DNA from: a virus
Taxonomy: Duplodnaviria > Caudoviricetes
Length of the DNA stretch: 24,505 bases
Virus record (IMG/VR): IMGVR_UViG_3300033562_000092
Coordinates: 1-24,505 of that record
Direction: 5' to 3' (one strand)
The notes below the pieces were generated by a model. The model saw nothing but the letters and a program-made list of their open reading frames with translations, was not told the origin of the DNA and did not search any database. The position numbers were made by a program, and so were the translations under genes. The number at the start of each line of letters is the position of its first letter. Within the stretch, counting starts at the first letter, position 1. Below are positions 1 to 7,502 of the stretch, one piece after another.

Positions 1-204
1 ATGACCATGTTCCATTTGATAAATGTTGCGCTTACTTTTATGGCAATGGTGGTGACGTTGCGCATTGGCTACAAATTGCGCATTGCACGCGAAAGGCTGT
101 TGCGCGCCCAGCACGAAAAAGCGGAACTGTTGAAGTGGCTGGAAGTTCTTCGGTGGGGGCGCGCCGATTGTACTTGGGCGAGGGGAAGTTGGCGTTGGTG
201 CTAG
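1..204 (+). CDS. Small hypothetical membrane protein
   Basis: ATG at 1; N-terminal hydrophobic stretch (FHLINVALTFMAMVVTL) then a basic helix; 3' end uncertain. Confidence 0.45.
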   Translation: MTMFHLINVALTFMAMVVTLRIGYKLRIARERLLRAQHEKAELLKWLEVLRWGRADCTWARGSWRWC

Positions 205-250
205 CCTTGACCTCACCCGCATCCTGGCCGAATTGCGCAGGGGCTAGAGC

Positions 251-400
251 ATGAACAAGCGCCAACGGAAAAAGCTACGCAAGCAGTTGAGTTGGCGTGT
301 GCCCAGGCGGTTGCACAAGCTCATGGTAGCGTTCTCCAACCACCCCGATAGGGTGGCCATTGCGACCGCTCTATGGGTGGGAGATCGCTACCATGTTTGA
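251..400 (+). CDS. Small basic hypothetical protein (49 aa, MNKRQRKKLRK...)
   Basis: Hand-translated, below ORF-track cutoff; AGGGG upstream of ATG; stop overlaps primase start; MNKRQRKK starts are common in phage small ORFs. Confidence 0.55.
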   Translation: MNKRQRKKLRKQLSWRVPRRLHKLMVAFSNHPDRVAIATALWVGDRYHV

Positions 401-1307
401 CGCTCTCCGCTTCGCCCAGGATCACCACCTAGCCGCTTCCCACGGCTCCGACCCTTGGATACAGGTTGCGTGCCCTTGGTGCGGTTCCCAGTCATCCAAA
501 GGCGGGGAGAAGCTGTATGGGGGCATCAACACGGTCACAGAAGCCTTCAACTGTTGGCGGTGCGGTTCCCATAGCCTCATAGCCCTCATGTGGGCCGTTG
601 GCGTGAAAGATCCCAAGACAACCATTTGGGAATATCGCCACGGCTTCACGGATGGGGCCACAGGGGGCAGGAGCCATGCCCAAGAGCTCGCATTGCCCGA
701 TTGCGCTCCGATGGTAGGGGCACACCGCAAGTACCTGCGGGGCCGCGGCTTTGACCCCGATGAACTGGCAACGCTTTACGGGCTAAAGGGGACGGGGCAG
801 GGGTGTTTATTCACCTCCAAGAGCAGGCCAGAGCCCATAAACCTGGGTTGGCGCATATTGATCCCCATGCGCAATGAAAAGGGCTACACGGTATCATGGC
901 AGGCCCGAGACATCACAGGCCGTTCCAAGTTGCGCTATATCGGGTGCCCGGATGTGGACTCATTAGCCAGTTACAAGACCATGCTATACGGTGCCGAATT
1001 CGCACGGCGGGATGTGGTGGGGGTGGTTGAGGGGGTTGTGGACCAATGGCGCATGGGGCCGGGGTTCGTGGCGACCTTGGGAACCGGGGTAACGCCTGAA
1101 CAGGTGAAGCAATTGGCACAATGGGCCCGGGTGGTGGTGTGCTTTGACTCCGAGCCACAGGCCCAGGCGCACGCACGCACGATAGCCGGCAATCTGGCCA
1201 GCTTGGGGGTGCGGTGCGATGTGGTGGACTTGGAGCTGGGGGAGCGGGACCCCGGAGACCTGACGCCACAGGAAGCCGGGGATATGCGCCGGGAGCTGGG
1301 GTTTTAG
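393..1307 (+). CDS. DNA primase (Zn finger + TOPRIM)
   Basis: CPWC...FNCWRC zinc finger; YLRGRG, RILIP, VVEGVVD, CFDSE, DPGDL motifs; ATG 393 with GGAG SD preferred over TTG 360. Confidence 0.9.
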   Translation: MFDALRFAQDHHLAASHGSDPWIQVACPWCGSQSSKGGEKLYGGINTVTEAFNCWRCGSHSLIALMWAVGVKDPKTTIWEYRHGFTDGATGGRSHAQELALPDCAPMVGAHRKYLRGRGFDPDELATLYGLKGTGQGCLFTSKSRPEPINLGWRILIPMRNEKGYTVSWQARDITGRSKLRYIGCPDVDSLASYKTMLYGAEFARRDVVGVVEGVVDQWRMGPGFVATLGTGVTPEQVKQLAQWARVVVCFDSEPQAQAHARTIAGNLASLGVRCDVVDLELGERDPGDLTPQEAGDMRRELGF

Positions 1308-1474
1308 GCAGGCTCAAGCACATTGCGCAATTCGGGATATCGACTATATACGCGCAGTTTGCCAATAATGCGCATTCCGATATCGTGGGATACTGGGTAA
1401 TCGGTCATTTTGACACGCACACCAGTTTTATCATTCACGCGGATAATGTGGTAGAGTTTCGCGTAAGTGTTCAT
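1304..1474 (-). CDS. Small hypothetical protein (56 aa, MNTYAKLYHIIRVNDKTGVRVKMTDYPVSH...)
   Basis: Hand-translated; AAAAGG SD; fills the gap exactly and its TAA overlaps the primase TAG. Confidence 0.7.
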   Translation of the reverse strand: MNTYAKLYHIIRVNDKTGVRVKMTDYPVSHDIGMRIIGKLRVYSRYPELRNVLEPA

Positions 1475-1551
1475 AGTTCAGACCTTTTGTGAGTTGTGAA
1501 GGTGTAACCCGCGCCAGGGGTGCGAATCCCTGGGAGCGCTTTAGCGGTGGT

Positions 1552-1833
1552 TCAGGCTACTTCAAATCTGCAAAACACGTATTTGGCCTGTGGGATACCC
1601 TCTTGCGAATTACTGCATTCATAAATGTCTTCCATGCCGTTGAAGTGGCCATACTGATACTTTTCGCAAATTGCGCGGATGGGTGCCTTGGATTCTTCTT
1701 GCGCACTGATAACGGTCACATGTACGGAATCCCCGCCGCTATAATTCTGACTTGTGGCCAGAACTTTGACGGCTGGATATTGCTTGGTGATTTCGGCTTT
1801 GATTGCTTTGGCGGTTTGTGCGGCGATTTTCAT
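1552..1833 (-). CDS. LPD29-like (large polyvalent protein-associated domain) protein
   Basis: AKAIKAEI..YP.VK, YSGGDSVHV, KYQYGHFNGMEDIY, KYVF pattern recalled for LPD29; ATG 1833 with AAAGGA SD. Confidence 0.7.
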   Translation of the reverse strand: MKIAAQTAKAIKAEITKQYPAVKVLATSQNYSGGDSVHVTVISAQEESKAPIRAICEKYQYGHFNGMEDIYECSNSQEGIPQAKYVFCRFEVA

Positions 1834-2107
1834 AGTCCAGTCCTTTGCTAGTTGACACGCTCCATTGCCTGCCAACACTCATTAGATACCTAAATACTTA
1901 GCTTTTGGCAATGAAAAAGCGGAAATTTCTTAAAAAGAAATCTATCAACATGCTATCACCCGCTATTTTTAGTTTTTGCTTGAATTTGGTACAAATCTTT
2001 ATAAGCGATACCTATATTTGACACCGTTAGCCAATGGTTTACCATCACAAGAGCCATTGTCGCAAATCCAAAACACGAAGTCAGGCACTTTTTACAGGAC
2101 TAGCAAA
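1834..2107. promoter_or_regulatory. AT-rich divergent promoter region
   Basis: Non-coding, AT-rich gap between divergent genes; leftward TTGCCA-17nt-TATCTA; rightward TATATT at 2013-2018; CTATCAACA/CTATCACCC boxes at 1942 and 1953. Confidence 0.6.
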
Positions 2108-2638
2108 ATGGACCCTCGCAATGCACTCTACAACCAGGCCAAACGTCAAATTTCAGCCGCCGCATGGGACTTGTGCCGCAGTTACCCCAATCTGGACTAT
2201 GGGGACGCGGTGGGGGAGTGCAACTTGCAGTGGGCTAAGTCGCTGGGTAGGTTCGACCCTGCGCAAGCGTCCATAAACACATTCACCCATTACCAGCTTT
2301 TAGCGGCTAAGAAGTCCGTGCATGAAAAAGCTCATACCAAAATGGCTAGCGCCACGGTACGGGATGCGCCTAGCGAACCCGATAATGGCACATGGTCACT
2401 GGCTGACATTTCGCAAGATGCCACATTTGGCGACCCTTCACGCAACCTTGCCGATGGCCTGGACTCCGATGAATGTGAAGTGCTACAAGCTCTTTTTCAC
2501 GGCACATACGACAACATGGGAGCCACCGGTGCCGATGTGCACCGCGTATTCTCACAAAAGGGCTGGACCCGCCGCCGTGCGTATTCCGTGCTCGACTCCA
2601 TGCGGACCAAAGTAACCGATAACCTGGTAGGAGTCTAA
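2108..2638 (+). CDS. Divergent sigma-70/ECF-like factor or HTH transcription regulator
   Basis: Region-2-like DAVGECNLQWAKSLGRFDPAQASINTF; C-terminal LDSDECEVL and helix-turn-helix-like segment; AGGA SD before ATG 2108. Confidence 0.6.
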   Translation: MDPRNALYNQAKRQISAAAWDLCRSYPNLDYGDAVGECNLQWAKSLGRFDPAQASINTFTHYQLLAAKKSVHEKAHTKMASATVRDAPSEPDNGTWSLADISQDATFGDPSRNLADGLDSDECEVLQALFHGTYDNMGATGADVHRVFSQKGWTRRRAYSVLDSMRTKVTDNLVGV

Positions 2639-2749
2639 ATGGACTACCGCGACGTTAACAGCGCAATAGCCATAGCCTCCATAGCCTTTGCCGTGTGTGG
2701 CGTGGTTATCGGGGTGCTGGTACACGAAGTTTTGAAAGGAATCCTATGA
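2639..2749 (+). CDS. Small single-TM protein (36 aa)
   Basis: Hand-translated MDYRDVNSAIAIASIAFAVCGVVIGVLVHEVLKGIL; AGGAG SD; ATG abuts the previous TAA; ATGA overlap with the next gene. Confidence 0.65.
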   Translation: MDYRDVNSAIAIASIAFAVCGVVIGVLVHEVLKGIL

Positions 2750-2910
2750 GACACGAAACACTTCATTGGCGCACAGGCAAAGGTCTTGACCGCCCGTTCT
2801 GCACAGATCCCAAGGCCACCCCCACACTTGACAAAGTGCACTTGTCCATGGTAGCATTGGCGGTGGCTTACACCCTGTACCACGTCCTACGGTTCAAGGG
2901 GTGGGTATGA
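2746..2910 (+). CDS. Small protein with C-terminal hydrophobic segment
   Basis: AAAGGA SD; ATGA overlaps at both ends. Confidence 0.6.
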   Translation: MRHETLHWRTGKGLDRPFCTDPKATPTLDKVHLSMVALAVAYTLYHVLRFKGWV

Positions 2911-3116
2911 GCGATGGGCTGGAAGAATGCCAGGGGTGTATGGCCAAGTTGAGGAAGAATCTTGGGCGCAAGAATCTACGCCCCTGTGAAAAAGAACACA
3001 TTCAACGGTTCAAGAAGGGCCGTATGTGCCATGCGTGCTATTGCGAATCGTTAGGGGTAAAACCGTCACCAGCGGACAACAGTTTGCAAGATGAGATTTG
3101 GGACCAATTCGGCTAG
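2907..3116 (+). CDS. Small Cys-rich (putative Zn-binding) protein
   Basis: CQGC...CHAC motifs; ATGA-coupled start. Confidence 0.6.
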   Translation: MSDGLEECQGCMAKLRKNLGRKNLRPCEKEHIQRFKKGRMCHACYCESLGVKPSPADNSLQDEIWDQFG

Positions 3117-3529
3117 GGCTTGAATACGTGCAATGCGTTCTTGCCCGTGGCATTCGTGTCCAAATGACACCATGACGGGGTGCACACGCTGGACTCCATG
3201 CGCTTGAATCCGTGGGAAAATGCGTGCGTTACGGAAAACCTGTGGAGTGCGTCAATGTTACTGCTGTGCAAGTCCCCGGCAATGCCTTTCTTGTGGGCCG
3301 ATAGTATAGCACCCTCTTTGCAAAGCACTGGGCGCCATCCGCAATACTGCAAATCCCCGCCAATGGCCCAGTCATTGAGCCAAATAGGGGCATCCCACGC
3401 AACTCGGAACGATTCAAGCGCTACCAGGAACCCGGGGGTTAGCAGGTTCCAGCAGTATTCTTCCCCTTTGGCCTTGAGCATGGCGCGGGGCACAAGCTCC
3501 TCAATGTCAAAATGCGCAGGCTTAAACAT
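3113..3529 (-). CDS. Endolysin, peptidase M15 (LAS-type Zn peptidase)
   Basis: HFDIEELVP, GWR, SAHKKGIAGD (SxHxxGxAxD), WCHLD motifs; start overlaps patatin stop. Confidence 0.85.
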   Translation of the reverse strand: MFKPAHFDIEELVPRAMLKAKGEEYCWNLLTPGFLVALESFRVAWDAPIWLNDWAIGGDLQYCGWRPVLCKEGAILSAHKKGIAGDLHSSNIDALHRFSVTHAFSHGFKRMESSVCTPSWCHLDTNATGKNALHVFKP

Positions 3530-4385
3530 TGAAAAAGCCCCGCATATCCAACGCCTTGCGCGCATACGTCAACTGCCATAGAGCTTCAATTTCACCGGCC
3601 TTTTCCGTATCGTCCAATGCGTAATCCTTGCACAAGGGCGAAACCCGCATATACCTGTCACCTATCCATGATTTGGCAATGTAAGGCACGTGGGAGCTGT
3701 TGCCGGCGGTGATGGCTGGCAATATGTCATCGGCCAGTGTGGAGGCTAGGAACGCGTTGGAATCGGGCAATGGCAGGGTTGTGGTCGTGGTGCCACTGGT
3801 TTCTATGTCCAACACCTTGCCGAACGATACCCCATGGGACGCAAGCCCGGCGATTCCGTGCAATGTGGGGTTGTTGGCGGTCATACCACCGTCAAAGTAT
3901 TGTTTCCAAGGCGCGAAGTAGGTAGGGGCCGCCATGCTTGCCCGCACCGCTTCCCACACGGGGACTCTTGCGTCCTTGGGATCAAGGGAGGAAAATACCT
4001 TTGCATCCCGCTTGCACCTGTCCCATGCTACAATCATAAGAGGCACATGGATTTCCCCGAATGTCATGGGGAGCCGTTCTTTCAGTAGGATGTTTACATA
4101 GTGGTCGTCGTACCGCGCCCCGCACTTTGCCAGGGTGTAGGCCATGCGCTTCTTGCCGAATATGGATGGCAAATGGACGCGGTGCAAGGCCAAAAGCTCT
4201 TTAGCCGAGTAGTCCGCGGCGAGCATCGCGGCATTTATGGCCCCTACAGAGGTGCCAGCAAATGCGCCGAATATGCGACCTTTGCCAGTGGTGCGGTATC
4301 CCACGGAATTCTCGAACGACGATAGGAACATGGCAGGGCCGATACCCATGAACCCACCCCCGGAAATGGCTAAAAGGTTTGTCAT
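3522..4385 (-). CDS. Patatin-like phospholipase
   Basis: LAISGGGFMG oxyanion loop, GTSVG nucleophile elbow, ASMAAPTYF, DGG catalytic Asp, all intact. Confidence 0.93.
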   Translation of the reverse strand: MTNLLAISGGGFMGIGPAMFLSSFENSVGYRTTGKGRIFGAFAGTSVGAINAAMLAADYSAKELLALHRVHLPSIFGKKRMAYTLAKCGARYDDHYVNILLKERLPMTFGEIHVPLMIVAWDRCKRDAKVFSSLDPKDARVPVWEAVRASMAAPTYFAPWKQYFDGGMTANNPTLHGIAGLASHGVSFGKVLDIETSGTTTTTLPLPDSNAFLASTLADDILPAITAGNSSHVPYIAKSWIGDRYMRVSPLCKDYALDDTEKAGEIEALWQLTYARKALDMRGFFNV

Positions 4386-4735
4386 GGGATCTTCATTGAA
4401 TAGGTTACAGAGCGGGCTCGTATGGGGGTTTGCCCCGTGCGCTTGTTCATGGAATTCATGGTGTCAATGAGGGACCGCACATCCGTTTGAACATCGGTGA
4501 CCTGGGAACGGAGAGCGCAAACCGATGCGGCCACGCGCCCGATGGAGTCCAGCATTTCCTTGTTCTTGTACTTCTGGGCCAGTTTGACCTCCACTTCGGA
4601 CTCCACGCCGGCCAGGTCTTCAGCGCTGGGCTTGGTGAAATAGCCTGTTCCGCCACCCGCGCCCAATAGCCCAAGGACTACCAGCACGGCGGTTTTAGCG
4701 TCTATGGTAATCTGGGGCTTTGGTGCGGGGGCCAT
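4382..4735 (-). CDS. Single-TM coiled-coil protein (holin- or i-spanin-like candidate)
   Basis: TM segment AVLVVLGLLGAGGGTGYF then heptad-like helix; position upstream of lysis enzymes; GGAGG SD. Confidence 0.55.
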   Translation of the reverse strand: MAPAPKPQITIDAKTAVLVVLGLLGAGGGTGYFTKPSAEDLAGVESEVEVKLAQKYKNKEMLDSIGRVAASVCALRSQVTDVQTDVRSLIDTMNSMNKRTGQTPIRARSVTYSMKIP

Positions 4736-4737
4736 GA

Positions 4738-5148
4738 CTATGCCTCCACCAGCACGCCACAGGCGCGGATCAATGCGGCGGATGGCTTGGACTCTTCCAA
4801 AGCGTCATAAGGCAAGGCGCAAAGGGGGCCGGGCGCATCAGATTCCAGCTCTGTGCCGATGTTGCGGAGCAATGTGGCAAGGGTCTGGTATGCTGGATCA
4901 GGGGGAACTGGGAGCAGGGATTGCACGGTGTTGGATGCCGTCTCCCAGTCCTTGCCGTCCAGTGCTTCAGATAGGTTGAGGCGGTCCATGAGCTTGCGGG
5001 CGGAAGAAAGCATAGCGTCCAGCACTTCCAGCTCTTTGTCACAGTGCTTGGAAATGGCTAGTGCCGTGCGGACGTGTCCGGGGGCAGTAATGCTGTCCAT
5101 GAGGGCGTTGAAGTGGTCACGGTTGTGTTTGAGCGTTTGCTTATTCAT
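4738..5148 (-). CDS. Hypothetical helical protein downstream of tail fibre
   Basis: ATG 5148 with AGGAG SD; TATATT at 5182-5187 upstream. Confidence 0.7.
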   Translation of the reverse strand: MNKQTLKHNRDHFNALMDSITAPGHVRTALAISKHCDKELEVLDAMLSSARKLMDRLNLSEALDGKDWETASNTVQSLLPVPPDPAYQTLATLLRNIGTELESDAPGPLCALPYDALEESKPSAALIRACGVLVEA

Positions 5149-5209
5149 GGGCTCTCCTGGGAGCGGGTTAAGGTTGTGGGAAATATAGGTAATTTGGGAA
5201 GGGGGGGGG

Positions 5210-6970
5210 TTATCGCACACCGCCAACAGCTATCCACCCAGCCCCGTGACGGATAAACATCGCAGGGGCCGCATATTCAAAAGTGCCGTCATGCGTGGCA
5301 AGTGTTAGAGTGCGCATGACGGAAGAAGTGTCAGCATATTGTATACCATACCCGCCACTTGTGGTGATGTTTGCGCGAGCATAGAACACGGTGCCAATTG
5401 CGGCGGATGTGTCTATTGTATCCACAGCAATCAAACTCGTAAGATCCGCATAGTATTCAGTGTTATTGATGGGGGTTGTAGGTACGCGGCTCACTGGGGT
5501 GCCAACAGGTTTGTGCAAAAACCCGCTCTGCACAAATGCAGTTGTGGCTACTTCTTGACTGTTGCTCGTTACAGCTGGGGTGGGCGCACTGGATACGAGT
5601 GACGTTGCAGATCCCGAAGATGTGGTCGTCGTTCCACCACTCGCGTACCCAAAAGCATTGACACCGTGCACGCGTCTCCAACGTAGGCCCGCGTATGCCG
5701 GGACTTTGGTTAGAAGCGTCATATACGCAAGCCCACCGCCCACATCATACTGCCAGCGCAAGGCATCGGTGGGACAATTGCCCAGCACATTGCACTTCTT
5801 GGTGACCGCCCCGCTATAATAGCGCATTGCTCCGGTTACAACAGCATTATACATTACGGAAGCATCTCCGCCCCCACCGTAGAACACCTCCACCTCCCAC
5901 ACCACCACACCTGCGGCATCGGAAGTGTCACTGATGGTGAAGTGACCAGAGTTGAGCCACTGTTCGCTTGCCGTACTGTTGAAATACTGCGACCATGTTG
6001 TCTCGTTTGTATCTAGCGACCGTTTAAGCGCCAGGCCGTCATACACGGCATTGCTGGTGATCGCCTTCTGGGAGCCATCGGTAGCCGCATCTTCTAGCTG
6101 GACGTGTCCATAGTTTGTGCTGGAAGCCACACCGTACGTCGTACCACTGGAAGCATGGGACGTTGGCGCCTTGCCATTGATCTGGGTTTGCACGTTACCG
6201 GATAGCGCAGTGTTGTCCGTGCCCCCGATCATGTCGAACGCTACTGCGCGGGCCGTGCCTACTTTGTCAACGGTGAAGCGGTCGGCCAGTGTGCCAGCAC
6301 TTGCAAGCTGTATGCAGAATTTACCGGAGTTGTCCGCACCATCCCGCGACCATTTGGCCTGGCCTATCATGTTGTCCACACCTGCGGAATCTTTGATGTA
6401 GTACGATTCAGAAACTCCGAATCCATCCGACATGTCTTGCGTTGTTACCGAATAGTGCAGGCAAGATGCCAAACACATATTGGTACCAGTCGTGGTGGTC
6501 CTGCGCAAGGTGAGCGTGTCACTATTGGACACGGATATATCCAGCCGCGCCGCCATGCCCTGTGCGGTGGTTACTGTTTTACTCAGCTTGTCATTAAGCT
6601 GGGCCTGCACATTGCTGGTGGTCCCGCTCACATATGCCAACTCGGTAGCGGTGACCGTGCTTGCGGAAACAAGACCACCAGCACCTGTTACCATGGCCCT
6701 GGATGCCGTCAATGCAGAAAGTGTGAGCGTGCCCGCCTGAACTACAGCGCCGGCAACGGAACAGCTCCATTTGCTGACACCTGCACTCTTGAGGTTGAGC
6801 ACCGTCCCGCTTGCCACGTTCAAAGACATGGGGATTGGGCAATCGGTGAGTATGGAATCCAGTGTCACCTTTTTATCACGCCCGGAGCCTGTGCCACGGA
6901 TCAAATACAGGATGTCGCCGGAAAGTGCGCTAGTGACCGCGCTGAAGTCTAGTACGCTTTTGGTTGCCAT
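5210..6970 (-). CDS. Tail fibre protein
   Basis: Follows baseplate wedge genes; S/T/G/A-rich; fibre-type motifs LTASRAMVT..., NVQTQINGKAPTSHAS...YGHVQL, APTP...VATTAFV. Confidence 0.85.
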   Translation of the reverse strand: MATKSVLDFSAVTSALSGDILYLIRGTGSGRDKKVTLDSILTDCPIPMSLNVASGTVLNLKSAGVSKWSCSVAGAVVQAGTLTLSALTASRAMVTGAGGLVSASTVTATELAYVSGTTSNVQAQLNDKLSKTVTTAQGMAARLDISVSNSDTLTLRRTTTTGTNMCLASCLHYSVTTQDMSDGFGVSESYYIKDSAGVDNMIGQAKWSRDGADNSGKFCIQLASAGTLADRFTVDKVGTARAVAFDMIGGTDNTALSGNVQTQINGKAPTSHASSGTTYGVASSTNYGHVQLEDAATDGSQKAITSNAVYDGLALKRSLDTNETTWSQYFNSTASEQWLNSGHFTISDTSDAAGVVVWEVEVFYGGGGDASVMYNAVVTGAMRYYSGAVTKKCNVLGNCPTDALRWQYDVGGGLAYMTLLTKVPAYAGLRWRRVHGVNAFGYASGGTTTTSSGSATSLVSSAPTPAVTSNSQEVATTAFVQSGFLHKPVGTPVSRVPTTPINNTEYYADLTSLIAVDTIDTSAAIGTVFYARANITTSGGYGIQYADTSSVMRTLTLATHDGTFEYAAPAMFIRHGAGWIAVGGVR

Positions 6971-7501
6971 TTAGCTTGCTCCATAGAGGAAGTTGCCGTC
7001 ATAGTCCACGATGTTATTGCCATCGTAGTCCACGATCAATGCCCCGGAGCGCACTTGCACACCTGCGGGGCTTATCATTTCTAGAATCTGGTCCGTTACA
7101 TCCGCATCCGTGAGAATCGCGCATCCCGCAGGGTACTCCGCGATGTACTGCACCCACGTAGCCCCATACACCCCTTTCAGCACCGAAATAATATCTTCGG
7201 GCGTAGCGAATGAGCGCATTGCCGCCACCTCACGGATGGCGAATCTGTATGATGCATCGTCTTTGCCGTTGCGGGAGGTGTTGAACACCCCACCGATAAC
7301 GTCCAACTGCGCCCCTTCTGCGGTTGCCAGATACATGCCCGAGCGAATGGAGAATATCGCCGCCTCCAAGTCGTCCTTCTGGGCCCCGGTAGCCTCTAGC
7401 AGGGCGTTCAGCTTGGGGGCCGTGGCAGGCTTGTATTGCTCCATGAGCTTGGGGGCTATCACGGATGCATACGAACCTTCGATGGGGGCCAATTCTGCCA
7501 T
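6971..7501 (-). CDS. Baseplate wedge protein (DUF2612-like)
   Basis: LATAEGAQLDVIG..., DDASYR motifs; follows baseplate J. Confidence 0.85.
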   Translation of the reverse strand: MAELAPIEGSYASVIAPKLMEQYKPATAPKLNALLEATGAQKDDLEAAIFSIRSGMYLATAEGAQLDVIGGVFNTSRNGKDDASYRFAIREVAAMRSFATPEDIISVLKGVYGATWVQYIAEYPAGCAILTDADVTDQILEMISPAGVQVRSGALIVDYDGNNIVDYDGNFLYGAS

Positions 7502-7502
7502 G

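Noticed and set aside
134-247. Possible frameshift in the first ORF (alternative frame ends ...RILAELRRG-TAG just before ATG 251)
   Set aside because: No start codon or convincing slippery site; cannot be judged without homologs or reads
3522-4385. CBASS system (CapV-like effector)
   Set aside because: No CD-NTase or Cap2/Cap3 genes in the window; context is a lysis cassette
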